Of a DNA stretch of 64,000 nucleotides, positions 9,347-18,732 are shown piece by piece. Below the pieces are notes generated by a model. That model did not search any database. It saw only the letters and a list, made by a program, of their open reading frames with translations, and had not been told where the DNA came from. The stretch spans positions 26,911 to 90,910 of the forward strand of contig JABIBU010000016.1 in assembly GCA_018652595.1 (NCBI GenBank), read 5' to 3'. This DNA is from Candidatus Magasanikiibacteriota bacterium. Its GTDB lineage: Bacteria; Patescibacteriota; Patescibacteriia; Magasanikbacterales; UBA922. The first letter of the stretch is position 1. The number at the start of each line of letters is the position of its first letter. The position numbers were made by a program, and so were the translations under genes.

Positions 9347-9754
9347 CTAACGCTTTCTCCACTGATGAGCTCTTCTAGCACGATGAAGTCCTGGTTTCTT
9401 TCTTTCTTTTGCTCTTGGATCACGTGTCATATAGCCTTCAGCTTTCAAAGCTGGTTTCCATTCTTCATTCCACTTTACCAATGCACGAGAAATTCCATGG
9501 CGTACTGCCTCAGCTTGAGAGTTTACACCACCACCAATTACTTTTACACTTACATCAAAATCTTTTTCTTTTCCTACAGCCTTTAGGGGTGCTATTACTT
9601 TGTCACTCCAAAGATCTACAGGAAAATATTCTGGTAATGTTTTACCATTAATAGTAACAACTCCTTTTCCTAAAGTAATTTTTACTCTGGCAGCAGATGT
9701 CTTTCTTCTTCCGACGGCTCTCACTAAATTTTGATCTTCTTTTACCATATTCAA
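9347..9754 (-). CDS. rpsI: 30S ribosomal protein S9
   Basis: GRRKTSAARV motif and C-terminal ...RARRAHQWRKR, typical of S9. Confidence 0.95.
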   Translation of the reverse strand: MNMVKEDQNLVRAVGRRKTSAARVKITLGKGVVTINGKTLPEYFPVDLWSDKVIAPLKAVGKEKDFDVSVKVIGGGVNSQAEAVRHGISRALVKWNEEWKPALKAEGYMTRDPRAKERKKPGLHRARRAHQWRKR

Positions 9755-9761
9755 ACTGATT

Positions 9762-10124
9762 TTATGCTTTAATAGTAAGACGTTTCATCATCTCGTTACG
9801 CAATCTGTTTTTTGGAAGCATTCCATTAACAGCTCTACGCAAAACTTCGGTTGGATCACTATCAAAAACTTTTTTCAAAGGAGTGCGACGCAATCCACCT
9901 GGATACATAGTATGATGAAAATAATCTTTTTGTACTAATTTTTTACCAGTAAATTTCATCTTTTTAGCGTTGATTACTTTTACATAATCTCCACTATCAA
10001 TATGTGGTGAAAAATCTGGTCTATTTTTGCCACGCAAAGCCATAGCCACCTGGGTAGCAATTCTACCAGCAGCTCTATCTGTGGCATCAATCTCAATTTT
10101 ATTTCTTTTTATTTCTTTTGTCAT
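9762..10124 (-). CDS. rplM: 50S ribosomal protein L13
   Basis: L13 signature (…RAAGRIATQVAMALRGKNRPDFSPH…); directly upstream of rpsI. Confidence 0.95.
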   Translation of the reverse strand: MTKEIKRNKIEIDATDRAAGRIATQVAMALRGKNRPDFSPHIDSGDYVKVINAKKMKFTGKKLVQKDYFHHTMYPGGLRRTPLKKVFDSDPTEVLRRAVNGMLPKNRLRNEMMKRLTIKA

Positions 10125-10155
10125 ATTCGTAAATTCGGATATTAGTAGATTCGGA

Positions 10156-10506
10156 TTAGACTAACTCTATTCTGGCCATCTCAGCAGAATCTGAATCGCG
10201 ATGAGACAACTTAATTATTCTGGTATAACCACCATTTCTTTCCTTATACTTAGGTCCCAGCTCATCCATCAATTTATTGACAGCATCGTCAGTAAATAAG
10301 GCCTTTATTAATCCACGTCTAGCAGCCAATGTACCGGCTTTAGCTTTTGTGATCAAAGGTTCTACTACTGTACGCAAAGCTTTTGCTTTGGCCTTTGTAG
10401 TCTTGATATTGCCATGCAAAATCAAACTCTCAGCCAAATTTTTCATCATAGCCTCGCGATGAGCTCTCTCTCTTCCTAAAGTAAATTTTTTCTTTTGATG
10501 TCGCAT
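10156..10506 (-). CDS. rplQ: 50S ribosomal protein L17
   Basis: MRHQKKKFTLGR...GYTRI motif. Start taken at M3 of the ORF. Confidence 0.9.
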   Translation of the reverse strand: MRHQKKKFTLGRERAHREAMMKNLAESLILHGNIKTTKAKAKALRTVVEPLITKAKAGTLAARRGLIKALFTDDAVNKLMDELGPKYKERNGGYTRIIKLSHRDSDSAEMARIELV

Positions 10507-10548
10507 ATACAAATCATTTTTTAGACTTTCTTACTTGTCCGGCGTAGC

Positions 10549-11364
10549 CTAAGCGGAGACGGACTCGTCTTTCTTTTTAGTAGTTTTTTTAACTGCTTTC
10601 TTTTTTGGTTTTTTTTCTACCTCTTCTTCTGCTTCCTCTACAACTTCTTCCGTTTTTGGAACAGCAGCACCAGAATCAGATGCTTCTAATACTAGACCTA
10701 GGTAATCCATCAAAATCTTTGTTGACTGGCTCAATGCCTCTTTTGGACTAATAGTACCGTTGGTCTCTACTTTCAAAGTCAACTTTTCGTAATTGGTAAC
10801 ATCACCAACACGAGTCATATCCACCTTATAACCAACATCTATAATTGGAGTATAGAAAGAATCAATCAAAATAGTACCTAGATCAAGACTTTTAGCATCT
10901 TTTTCGCTCACTGGCACATAGCCTGAACCTTTTCCAACAGTTACTTCCATGTCTATTTCTTTTTTATCATCAGTTACTGTCATTATTTTTAAATCTGGGT
11001 TGGAAATTTCAACATCAGAGTTTTTTTCAAAATCAGCTGCTGTAATATCACCCTTACCTTTTTTGCTCAAATTTAGCACAATTGATTCGTCACTATGGCA
11101 TTTAATTGCCAGCTGTTTTAAATTTAAAATAACCTCTACCATATCTTCTTGCACACCATCAATAGCAGAAAACTCATGGCTGGTGCCATTTATTTTTACA
11201 GACTCTACTGCTGCACCAGGTAAAGATGAGAGCAATACTCTGCGCAAAGAATTACCAAGTGTCGTACCATAACCTTGTTGACAAGGTGTAATAACCACTT
11301 TTGCTACATTTTTTTCATCGGTATCTTGGAATTCAATTGTAGAAGGTAGTAATATATGTTCCAT
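10549..11364 (-). CDS. rpoA: DNA-directed RNA polymerase subunit alpha (N-terminal domain only, Lys-rich tail)
   Basis: GYGTTLGNSLRRVLLSSLPGAA and dimerisation/assembly-domain motifs. No alpha-CTD; ends in an acidic/K-rich tail. Conserved position between rpsD and rplQ. Confidence 0.85.
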   Translation of the reverse strand: MEHILLPSTIEFQDTDEKNVAKVVITPCQQGYGTTLGNSLRRVLLSSLPGAAVESVKINGTSHEFSAIDGVQEDMVEVILNLKQLAIKCHSDESIVLNLSKKGKGDITAADFEKNSDVEISNPDLKIMTVTDDKKEIDMEVTVGKGSGYVPVSEKDAKSLDLGTILIDSFYTPIIDVGYKVDMTRVGDVTNYEKLTLKVETNGTISPKEALSQSTKILMDYLGLVLEASDSGAAVPKTEEVVEEAEEEVEKKPKKKAVKKTTKKKDESVSA

Positions 11365-11438
11365 ATAGTTTTTGCTATATCCCGATTGAATCGGGGTGGG
11401 ATACCCTCCCTAAATAAGAAGCTTAATTTATAAAAACT

Positions 11439-12062
11439 TTATCTAGCTGAATAGTACTCAATAATCAACTTGACATCAAACACCTTATCAAAATCTTGTT
11501 CAGCAGGTAGATTCAATACTTTGCCGGATTTTTTGGCAGGATCTACACTGATCCATGATACTGTATCTACTTTACTTAATTTTTCTGTTATCTCTTCAAA
11601 AATTTTCTTTTTTTGTTTATTTTCTCTTAGCTCTATTACATCTCCTACTTTCAAAATATGAGAAGGGATGTTCATCTTCTTTCCATTTAGAAAAAACATA
11701 CTATGGGAAACAAATTGACGGGCTTGCGCACGAGTATCAGCAAAACCAAGCCTATAAATAACATTGTCCATTCTAAGTTCTAATAGTTTTTGCAAATTTA
11801 CACCAGAGTCACCATCTTGACGATTGGCTTCGGTTACATAACCTCTAAATTGCTTTTCTCTAAGACCATAGATATATTTGGCTTTTTGTTTTTCTAAAAG
11901 CTGTTTACCATAACTAGAGCTAGACGCACGTCTCTTTTTTGGACCATGAACACCAGGCTGTTGAGACAGTCTACGGGCAACCTTAGTAGCATTGGTTTTC
12001 AAACCTAGGTTTACACCAAATCTTCTAGCAATTTTATTTTTTGGACCAATATATTTTCCCAT
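11439..12062 (-). CDS. rpsD: 30S ribosomal protein S4
   Basis: Canonical S4 N-terminus MGKYIGPKNKIARR and S4 domain. Confidence 0.95.
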   Translation of the reverse strand: MGKYIGPKNKIARRFGVNLGLKTNATKVARRLSQQPGVHGPKKRRASSSSYGKQLLEKQKAKYIYGLREKQFRGYVTEANRQDGDSGVNLQKLLELRMDNVIYRLGFADTRAQARQFVSHSMFFLNGKKMNIPSHILKVGDVIELRENKQKKKIFEEITEKLSKVDTVSWISVDPAKKSGKVLNLPAEQDFDKVFDVKLIIEYYSAR

Positions 12063-12102
12063 ATCCTATTTGATTCGTAAATTCGAATAATTCGTATATT
12101 AA

Positions 12103-12498
12103 TTAAACACGACGTCTCTTTCTTGGACGACAACCGTTGTGTGGAATTGGAGTAGTATCCTTTACTGACAAAACTTGCAAACCGTTGGCATTAAAAGCGC
12201 GGATAGCACCTTCACGACCAGCGCCAATACCTTTTACAAAAACATTTACTTCCTTTACTCCATGTGGTTCCAAAGCCTCTACCACCTTCTTTACTACTTG
12301 ACCAGCTGCATAAGGAGTAGCCTTTTTAGGACCCTTGAACCCTACCATGCCAGCACTAGCCCAACCCAATACATCACCATTTTGATCTGTGACTGTAATA
12401 ATAGTATTGTTGAAGGTAGCCTGAATATAAGCTCGTCCGTGACTAACTTTTTTTATAATTTTTTTCTTATTGGTTTTTTTAACTTGCTTTTTTACCAT
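12103..12498 (-). CDS. rpsK: 30S ribosomal protein S11
   Basis: …GWASAGMVGFKG…GIGAGREGAIRA… S11 signature. Confidence 0.95.
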   Translation of the reverse strand: MVKKQVKKTNKKKIIKKVSHGRAYIQATFNNTIITVTDQNGDVLGWASAGMVGFKGPKKATPYAAGQVVKKVVEALEPHGVKEVNVFVKGIGAGREGAIRAFNANGLQVLSVKDTTPIPHNGCRPRKRRRV

Positions 12499-12534
12499 AC
12501 CTTTTTAGTCTGAAAAAATCTTTGATTAAAATTC

Positions 12535-12921
12535 TTAAGTCTTTTGTGATGTAGGTTTCTTTCCACTAGTAGCCATGTTTCTCTTATTACCTCTTACAGT
12601 TCTAGAGTTTGTCTTAGTTCTCTGACCACGCACAGGCAATCTCTTGGCATGTCTGATACCACGATAACATTTGATATCTTTCATACGCTTGATATTACCA
12701 GCTACTTCACGACGAAGGTCACCTTCTGTCTTGTGTGTCTTCTCAATAATATTGCGAATCAAATCCTGCTCTTCTTGAGAAAGATCTTTTACGCGAGTAT
12801 TCACATCAATCTTGGCTTCTGCCAAAATCTTAGTGGAAGTAGTAGGACCAATACCGTAAACATAGGTCAAACTAACACCTACTTTTTTTTCTTTTGGAAT
12901 TGTTACACCTGAAATTCTCAT
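12535..12921 (-). CDS. rpsM: 30S ribosomal protein S13
   Basis: [25 protein letters not shown]… S13 signature. Confidence 0.95.
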   Translation of the reverse strand: MRISGVTIPKEKKVGVSLTYVYGIGPTTSTKILAEAKIDVNTRVKDLSQEEQDLIRNIIEKTHKTEGDLRREVAGNIKRMKDIKCYRGIRHAKRLPVRGQRTKTNSRTVRGNKRNMATSGKKPTSQKT

Positions 12922-12935
12922 ATTTATATCAAAAT

Positions 12936-13073
12936 TTAAGCGGCTTTTTTTCTAATCTTTGTACCTTGACGTTGTTTGTGTCTTGGATTTTCACAGATAA
13001 CATGAAGAACACCTGCTCGGCGCACTATCTGACAATTCTTACATCTTTTTTTGACTGATGACTTTACTTTCAT
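12936..13073 (-). CDS. rpmJ: 50S ribosomal protein L36
   Basis: Hand-translated 45-aa ORF absent from the track (below length cutoff): [45 protein letters not shown]. Matches L36 zinc-ribbon consensus and the canonical infA-rpmJ-rpsM order. Coordinates +/-2 nt. Confidence 0.8.
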   Translation of the reverse strand: MKVKSSVKKRCKNCQIVRRAGVLHVICENPRHKQRQGTKIRKKAA

Positions 13074-13160
13074 AATTTTTTAACAAAAAATACCAACCAC
13101 TGCCGCGATATCACAGCTCTGCCAACTAGGGCTAAGCTCCACCGCACTGGTTGATACTCT

Positions 13161-13376
13161 TTAGAATCTAAAGGTTATACGTCCTTTGGATAAATCATAA
13201 GGAGTCAGCTCGACTTTTACCTCGTCGCCTACCCCTAATCTGATACGATACATTCGCATTTTACCCGAAAGATGGGCAATAATCTCATGATCGTTTTCTA
13301 ATTTTACACGAAAAGTGGCTCCTGGTAACAACTCTTCAATTGTACCACGAATCTCCACTACGTCTGTTTTAGCCAT
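13161..13376 (-). CDS. infA: translation initiation factor IF-1
   Basis: 71 aa, S1-like OB fold sequence (…[34 protein letters not shown]…). Confidence 0.95.
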   Translation of the reverse strand: MAKTDVVEIRGTIEELLPGATFRVKLENDHEIIAHLSGKMRMYRIRLGVGDEVKVELTPYDLSKGRITFRF

Positions 13377-13404
13377 GATTAGCTTATCGGATTAATCTGG
13401 CGAT

Positions 13405-13433
13405 ATTTTACTATAATATGATAAAACTGTCAA
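13405..13433 (-). promoter_or_regulatory. sigma70-type promoter for the infA-rpmJ-rpsM-rpsK-rpsD-rpoA-rplQ operon
   Basis: Minus strand TTGACA-17 nt-TAAAAT, about 30 nt upstream of the infA ATG. Confidence 0.5.
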
Positions 13434-13493
13434 GTAAAATAACTCCAGAGGCTGTGAATAACTTTTTTTAGCTAAAATAAGCCTATTAATAAC

Positions 13494-13898
13494 CTATGTC
13501 TTATACACCCAATATTTATACAAAAAGAAGTTCCAACTTACTGCTAGCGCGATACTACATACCCTAACAAGCCTATAATCAAAGCCTATTTTATCGCTAA
13601 ATACAAACATTAGTAATACCGCCAAAAGATAGTTGAAAGCGAAAAGGGTCATATACCTCACAAACTGCTTCTGAGGTAAAGCTTTATTCTTGAATGACCA
13701 ATATTTGTTCAAGGTAAAATTATAAGCAACAGCAATAATCTGATTCAAAACCACAGCCAAAGCAGCGCCCAAAAGGAATACCTCCTTAAAAAAAACTAGA
13801 GTTGCTATATCCAAAAACAACCCAGAAAAACCAATTACAAAGTATTTTCCAAACTCAAAACGCACGCCCCAGAAATAGTTTATTAATTTTTTTATCAT
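13494..13898 (-). CDS. GtrA-family polysaccharide synthesis membrane protein
   Basis: 134 aa, 4 TM helices, NF.LNKYWSF motif of GtrA family. Overlaps the alaS stop by 4 nt. Confidence 0.65.
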   Translation of the reverse strand: MIKKLINYFWGVRFEFGKYFVIGFSGLFLDIATLVFFKEVFLLGAALAVVLNQIIAVAYNFTLNKYWSFKNKALPQKQFVRYMTLFAFNYLLAVLLMFVFSDKIGFDYRLVRVCSIALAVSWNFFLYKYWVYKT

Positions 13899-15796
13899 TC
13901 TAATATAGCTTTTATTCTCCTAACACCGGACGAAGAACTTTCTTCTTTTTTGATTCTAAAGTGTCCCATATTGCCCAGATCTTCAACATGTGGTCCACCA
14001 CAAATTTCTTTGCTAGCGATATCATCACCTGAGCCAATTGTATAAACTTTTACTTTTTCTCCATACTTATCACCAAACAAGCCAATCGCATCTTTATCTT
14101 TTGCCTCTTCCACGCTCATTTCTTCCATTGAAACAGAAAGTTTTTTGTCTATTGAATCGTTTACAAGATCCTCTACTTGCTTTTTTTGTTCATCTGTCAT
14201 CTTTTCACCGTGAGTAAAATCAAACCTAAGACGATCAGCAGTAATATTACTACCCTTTTGTTCTACATGCTCACCCAAAACATTTCGCAAGGCTGAATGT
14301 AAAAGATGTGTCGCTGTGTGATATTTTGTACTCATCTCACCAGAATCAGCTAATCCACCTTTAAATTTTTGTTCAGCACCAGCTCGGGAGAGATCTTGGT
14401 GTTTTTGAAATGCCTCCTCAAAACCTTTCATATATACTACCATATTGTTTTCTTTTGCTAGGTCTTCTGTCAACTCAACAGGAAAACCATAGGTATCATA
14501 TAACTTAAAGGCTTGTTTACCAGAGATTTCAATAATTTTTTTACCGGTTTTTTCTTCGGCAATTCTAAAACCATTTAATAGTTTTTCAAATTCTTTTATA
14601 CCTTGTTCCAAGGTTGTTCTAAACTTTTCTTCTTCCTTTTTCATCTCGCCAAAAATCAAATCTTCTTTATTTTCCAGATAACCTCCAACATTCCCATAAG
14701 TTTCTATGTATGACTTGGCAATACTTGCAGTAAATAAGTCATTAATTCCAAGATTATCAGCAAAGCGCACTGCCCTGCGGATAAGACGGCGAGTAAAATA
14801 ACCTTGATCCTTGTTGGATGGCACGGCTCCATCGGCGATAAGAAATGTAGCCGCACGCAAATGATCTAGAATAACTCTAAAGGCAAAAGTTTCTTTTTCA
14901 TTTTCGCCATATTTTTTACCAGACAATTCTTCTAGCTTTTCTTTTGCCTTGGTGAATAAATCAATATTAAAAATATCTGGACTGTCCAGCAATGCTGCCG
15001 CCATTCTCTCTAGACCACCACCGAAATCAATATTTTTTTGTTTCAATTCCTCAAATCCACCTTCTTTCTTTATGTACTGCATAAATACATTGTTACCAAT
15101 CTCCATAAACCGACCACAATCACAATTTACATGACAAACCTTATCTTTCCACTCAGACTTTTCATGCAAACTAGACTCTTCACCAAAATCCCAAAACATC
15201 TCGCTATCTGGCCCACCAGGTTCACCCACAGGCATGTTTCCTGGCACACCAGCACGACTCCACCAGTTCTTGGTAGCATCGTAGTAAAAAATTCTAGCAT
15301 CTTGCATGCCTTTTTCCTCAGCCATATCAGCTATGCTAGCATTTACATTATTTGATTCAAAAAGCTGTTGCCATTTTTGAGCACCCTCTTCATCACGAGG
15401 GATATTATTTTTTTCATCTCCGCGAAAACAAGTTATATAAATTTTGTCTGGGTCTAATCCAATTTCTTTGGTTAAAAATTCAAACATCCATTCAATTTCT
15501 TCGACTTTGAAATAATCCCCCAGAGACCAATTACCAAGCATCTCAAAAAAAGTAGTATGGCGATTATCCCCCACTTCTTCCATGTCAACTGCACGAAAAC
15601 ACTTTTGAGAGTCAGCAATACGTACACCTTGAGGGTGTTTTTCACCCAAAAGATATGGAACCATCGGCTGCATACCAGATCCAGTAAAAAGTGTTGTAGG
15701 ATCATTCTCAGGAATAAGAGAAGCCGAAGAAATCACAGTGTGTTTTTTTGATTCAAAAAACTCCAGATACTTCTGGCGCAAATCATTTGTTTTCAT
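13895..15796 (-). CDS. alaS: alanine--tRNA ligase (short form lacking C-Ala domain)
   Basis: Class II AlaRS catalytic core (FTGSGMQPMVPY, NWSLGDY). The editing domain has HxxxH (TATHLLHSALRNV) and CGGPH motifs. At 633 aa it lacks the C-terminal C-Ala domain. Confidence 0.9.
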   Translation of the reverse strand: MKTNDLRQKYLEFFESKKHTVISSASLIPENDPTTLFTGSGMQPMVPYLLGEKHPQGVRIADSQKCFRAVDMEEVGDNRHTTFFEMLGNWSLGDYFKVEEIEWMFEFLTKEIGLDPDKIYITCFRGDEKNNIPRDEEGAQKWQQLFESNNVNASIADMAEEKGMQDARIFYYDATKNWWSRAGVPGNMPVGEPGGPDSEMFWDFGEESSLHEKSEWKDKVCHVNCDCGRFMEIGNNVFMQYIKKEGGFEELKQKNIDFGGGLERMAAALLDSPDIFNIDLFTKAKEKLEELSGKKYGENEKETFAFRVILDHLRAATFLIADGAVPSNKDQGYFTRRLIRRAVRFADNLGINDLFTASIAKSYIETYGNVGGYLENKEDLIFGEMKKEEEKFRTTLEQGIKEFEKLLNGFRIAEEKTGKKIIEISGKQAFKLYDTYGFPVELTEDLAKENNMVVYMKGFEEAFQKHQDLSRAGAEQKFKGGLADSGEMSTKYHTATHLLHSALRNVLGEHVEQKGSNITADRLRFDFTHGEKMTDEQKKQVEDLVNDSIDKKLSVSMEEMSVEEAKDKDAIGLFGDKYGEKVKVYTIGSGDDIASKEICGGPHVEDLGNMGHFRIKKEESSSSGVRRIKAILE

Positions 15797-15971
15797 AATA
15801 TATCTTACTTCAAATATTTAAAAGCAACCAATGTGATAATTCCAACCAAAATCAAAATTGGCCAAATGGACCACAATAGATTGCCTATTGTATAGCCTGT
15901 TTCCATATTTTTTTAATTAATCCCCATCTATTTTAACAATTTCTCTTGTTTTAGTCAAAAAGTAATACATA

Positions 15972-17084
15972 TTACTTAATAACTCCCCCACCCAAACATT
16001 CACCATCCAAATAAAACACACAAAACTGCCCCGGTGCCACAGCCCTTTGTTTTTCTTCAAATTCAACAATTAACTTGTCATTCTTCATTTTGCATTCTGC
16101 ATTTTGCATTTCTTGTCTATGTCTCAACCTGACATCACATTTCAAAGGCATATCCGGAGTTTGACCAGTAATCCAATTTACATCTTCAATTTCAATCTCA
16201 CTCTTAAATAATAACGGATCATTATCATACCCCACAACCAATTCATTTGTCTCAAATCTCTTTTCAACCACAAACAATGATTTTGTATCATTACTCTGAA
16301 CACCTAAATGTCTCTGTCCTATAGTATAAAAAGCCAAACCCTCGTGCTCGCCAATTACTTCCCCACTACTCATAACAATTTTTCCGGGTTTTAGTTTTAT
16401 TTTACTTTGCAAAAATTCTTTCATATCCACCTCACCCACAAAGCAAATCCCCATGCTCTCCTCCTTATTAGCTGTAGGAAGATCAAATCTATTGGCCAAC
16501 TCTCTTACCTCATCTTTTTTATAATCACCAAGAGGGAACAATGTCCGACTCAATTGTTCTTGATTTAACTGGTGCAAAAAATATGTTTGATCCTTATTAT
16601 CATCTTTTGCCTGCATCAAGGTGTGAAGCCCAGAATCTGCGGTCTGAAGTCCGGCATAGTGCCCTGTCGCAATCTTGTCAAAACCTAAATCTCTTACTTT
16701 ATCCAACCAAAATCCAAATTTCACCCATCGGTTACACATCACATCTGGATTTGGTGTTCTTCCCTTTTTGTATTCATCAAACATATACTTGAGGACTGTC
16801 TCCTCATACTCTTTTTTAAAATCTAATTTTAAGAGTGGAATACCAAGCTTCGCTGCCACACGAGTAGCATCACGATAATCACCAACCCAACAGGGCTTCG
16901 CTTCGCTATGCCCTGTAAACTCATCATCTGAACTTGTCGGGCCTAGTCCAGAAGACGAAGTCTGATAATTTATCATATAAGCCCCAGTGACATCATATCC
17001 ATGTTCCACTAGCAAAGCAGCAGCTACAGACGAATCCACACCACCACTCATAGCAACTAATATTTTTTCCTTTTTTATCTTCAT
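15972..17084 (-). CDS. mnmA: tRNA 2-thiouridine(34) synthase MnmA
   Basis: PP-loop SGGVDSS, conserved Cys residues, C-terminal beta-barrel. Confidence 0.9.
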   Translation of the reverse strand: MKIKKEKILVAMSGGVDSSVAAALLVEHGYDVTGAYMINYQTSSSGLGPTSSDDEFTGHSEAKPCWVGDYRDATRVAAKLGIPLLKLDFKKEYEETVLKYMFDEYKKGRTPNPDVMCNRWVKFGFWLDKVRDLGFDKIATGHYAGLQTADSGLHTLMQAKDDNKDQTYFLHQLNQEQLSRTLFPLGDYKKDEVRELANRFDLPTANKEESMGICFVGEVDMKEFLQSKIKLKPGKIVMSSGEVIGEHEGLAFYTIGQRHLGVQSNDTKSLFVVEKRFETNELVVGYDNDPLLFKSEIEIEDVNWITGQTPDMPLKCDVRLRHRQEMQNAECKMKNDKLIVEFEEKQRAVAPGQFCVFYLDGECLGGGVIK

Positions 17085-17722
17085 AAATTCACCTTATCTA
17101 TTTTTGACTTTAGATATTTATTAAGTCTTTTTTCAGTTTCAGGCATCAGCTTGTCGGCAATTTGCCTAGCTGTTTTTGTTCTCAAAAAATAATAACAACT
17201 AAAGACATTGCGCAAATGCTGATCCCAAGCATTATCATTATCTTTAAACAACTTCCAAACCCTTTCTAACCCAACATCACCAAATAAATCTAATTTATCA
17301 GCATCACGTAAAATCCAAGCGGTATCATACTTATCAGCGGCATCATTCCAATGATAGCGGACTGCGTAAAGCAATTCTTTCTTTTCTTCTTTGGAAAGAA
17401 TATCAAAGCTACTATCATCCTCAAACCACTTATTTAATAATTCATAAGATAATTCGTGATGTTTCCTACTAGTTTCTCCAGGATTATCCTCCAAAGTCCT
17501 ACCAATATCATGAAACCAAGCTGATAACTCACAAAGAAAGGGTTTATTAGCCCCCTCTTGACTGATAATTTTATTAACTGCACTTGCGACCCTCTCAATG
17601 TGGTCTATACCATGTGCGGGATCAGAATAGTCTTCAAATATTTTTTTTACTTTGGAAATAGCATGATTCAAAAGATCCTGCTCTTCATTTGTATATTTTA
17701 TTTTTTCTTTTTTATTTTTCAT
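17081..17722 (-). CDS. HD-domain phosphohydrolase
   Basis: H…HD metal-binding motif (HGIDHIERV … WFHDIGR). 4-nt overlap with mnmA suggests an operon. Confidence 0.7.
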   Translation of the reverse strand: MKNKKEKIKYTNEEQDLLNHAISKVKKIFEDYSDPAHGIDHIERVASAVNKIISQEGANKPFLCELSAWFHDIGRTLEDNPGETSRKHHELSYELLNKWFEDDSSFDILSKEEKKELLYAVRYHWNDAADKYDTAWILRDADKLDLFGDVGLERVWKLFKDNDNAWDQHLRNVFSCYYFLRTKTARQIADKLMPETEKRLNKYLKSKIDKVNL

Positions 17723-17769
17723 AATAAATCTAGTTTAACCCAAAACAAAATAAAAATCAACAAAAAAAC

Positions 17770-17830
17770 CACCTCATCCTCCCATTTCAAAATTAAATGA
17801 TTAATTCTGAAATGGACGGAGGTGATTTTT
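17770..17830 (-). terminator. terminator of the zinc-ribbon gene (minus strand)
   Basis: cacctc-atcctcc-catttc … gaaatgg-acg-gaggtg hairpin, followed on the minus strand by a T-run. Contains an acctcatcct 10-mer shared with the double-hairpin repeats. Confidence 0.5.
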
Positions 17831-17896
17831 TCTTGAACCCCTCGTCCGCCCGCCTTTTTGTATGTTGGCGGGGAAAAAGAGAGTGAGGCAGCCCCA

Positions 17897-18157
17897 CTAA
17901 TCACTTGTGGGCATTCCGTGGACCGTATCGGTGAGCACGACCTCATTTCCATCATCCGAAGCTGCAGGGAGTTCCGCCATGGTCTGAGCCTTGTCCCCAT
18001 CAGGACCCAGATCATCACCAGGAATCTCGACGGAGTTAACCCCCGACATGTCATGCATGACAGGAACATGAAGCTTTGTCCCGCAATTCCCGCAGAAGTT
18101 GTGAGAATAAGGATTCTCCTGACCACACTTGCTACACTTTTTCATTCTACCTTCCAT
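17897..18157 (-). CDS. zinc-ribbon domain protein
   Basis: CSKCGQEN…CGNCGTKL CxxC-x13-CxxC. Good RBS (AGGAGG, 7 nt). Acidic C-terminus. Sits in a GC-rich islet. Confidence 0.55.
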   Translation of the reverse strand: MEGRMKKCSKCGQENPYSHNFCGNCGTKLHVPVMHDMSGVNSVEIPGDDLGPDGDKAQTMAELPAASDDGNEVVLTDTVHGMPTSD

Positions 18158-18229
18158 CTCTTACCCTCCTAGTTCATGTTTATATTTATCTTATATTTTT
18201 TCTCCCAAACTGTCAATTATTTATAAAAA

Positions 18230-18265
18230 TAAAAAACTCCCCGTTCCCGGGGAGTTTTTTATTTT
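18230..18265. terminator. bidirectional terminator
   Basis: aaaaaa-ctccccg-ttcc-cggggag-ttttttatttt. Confidence 0.7.
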
Positions 18266-18274
18266 CCAAAATAT

Positions 18275-18547
18275 TTAGGCATTATTACGGCGGGCCTGCA
18301 TGCAATCTCTGCAATATACTGGCTTGTCACCGGTAGGCTGGAAAGGAAGCTGTGAAATGTGAGTACCACATCCAGCACAATCCACATCTACTTCGTGCAT
18401 CTGGGCTTGTGGCTTGTCATTGCTTCTGCTCTCACGATAAGAGCGATTGCAGTCTGCACAATAAACAGGACGGTCACCAGAAGGTTGGAAAGGCAATTGT
18501 GAGATATGGGTATTGCACTTGGCGCAATTTATGTCCACATCATGCAT
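18275..18547 (-). CDS. tandem double zinc-ribbon protein
   Basis: Two about 40-aa repeats MH[DE]VD[IV][ND]CA[KG]C[NG]THISQLPFQP[ST]GD[RK]PVYC[AR]DC, each CxxC-x17-CxxC. GGAG RBS before M8; the ORF may extend to 18568. Confidence 0.55.
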   Translation of the reverse strand: MHDVDINCAKCNTHISQLPFQPSGDRPVYCADCNRSYRESRSNDKPQAQMHEVDVDCAGCGTHISQLPFQPTGDKPVYCRDCMQARRNNA

Positions 18548-18732
18548 TTGTCTGTCTCCAAAAGTCATATTTGATATATGTTTGTGTTCCCAATGTTTTG
18601 AGAATTTTTTGTTAAATTCGACCTTCCCGACGCTAAATCGGGATAAATTGGGAACTACTTATATTTGTTACCCATATATATTATAGGACATTTTTGACCA
18701 AAAGTCAACCCCGCACCAAAATTGGTGCTGGG

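Noticed and set aside
11380-11402. Hairpin cccgattgaatcggg between rpsD and rpoA as a possible tRNA fragment or attenuator
   Set aside because: It is a simple 6-bp palindrome without flanking U-tract or tRNA features. It is probably an incidental intercistronic stem, and not enough evidence to call a feature.
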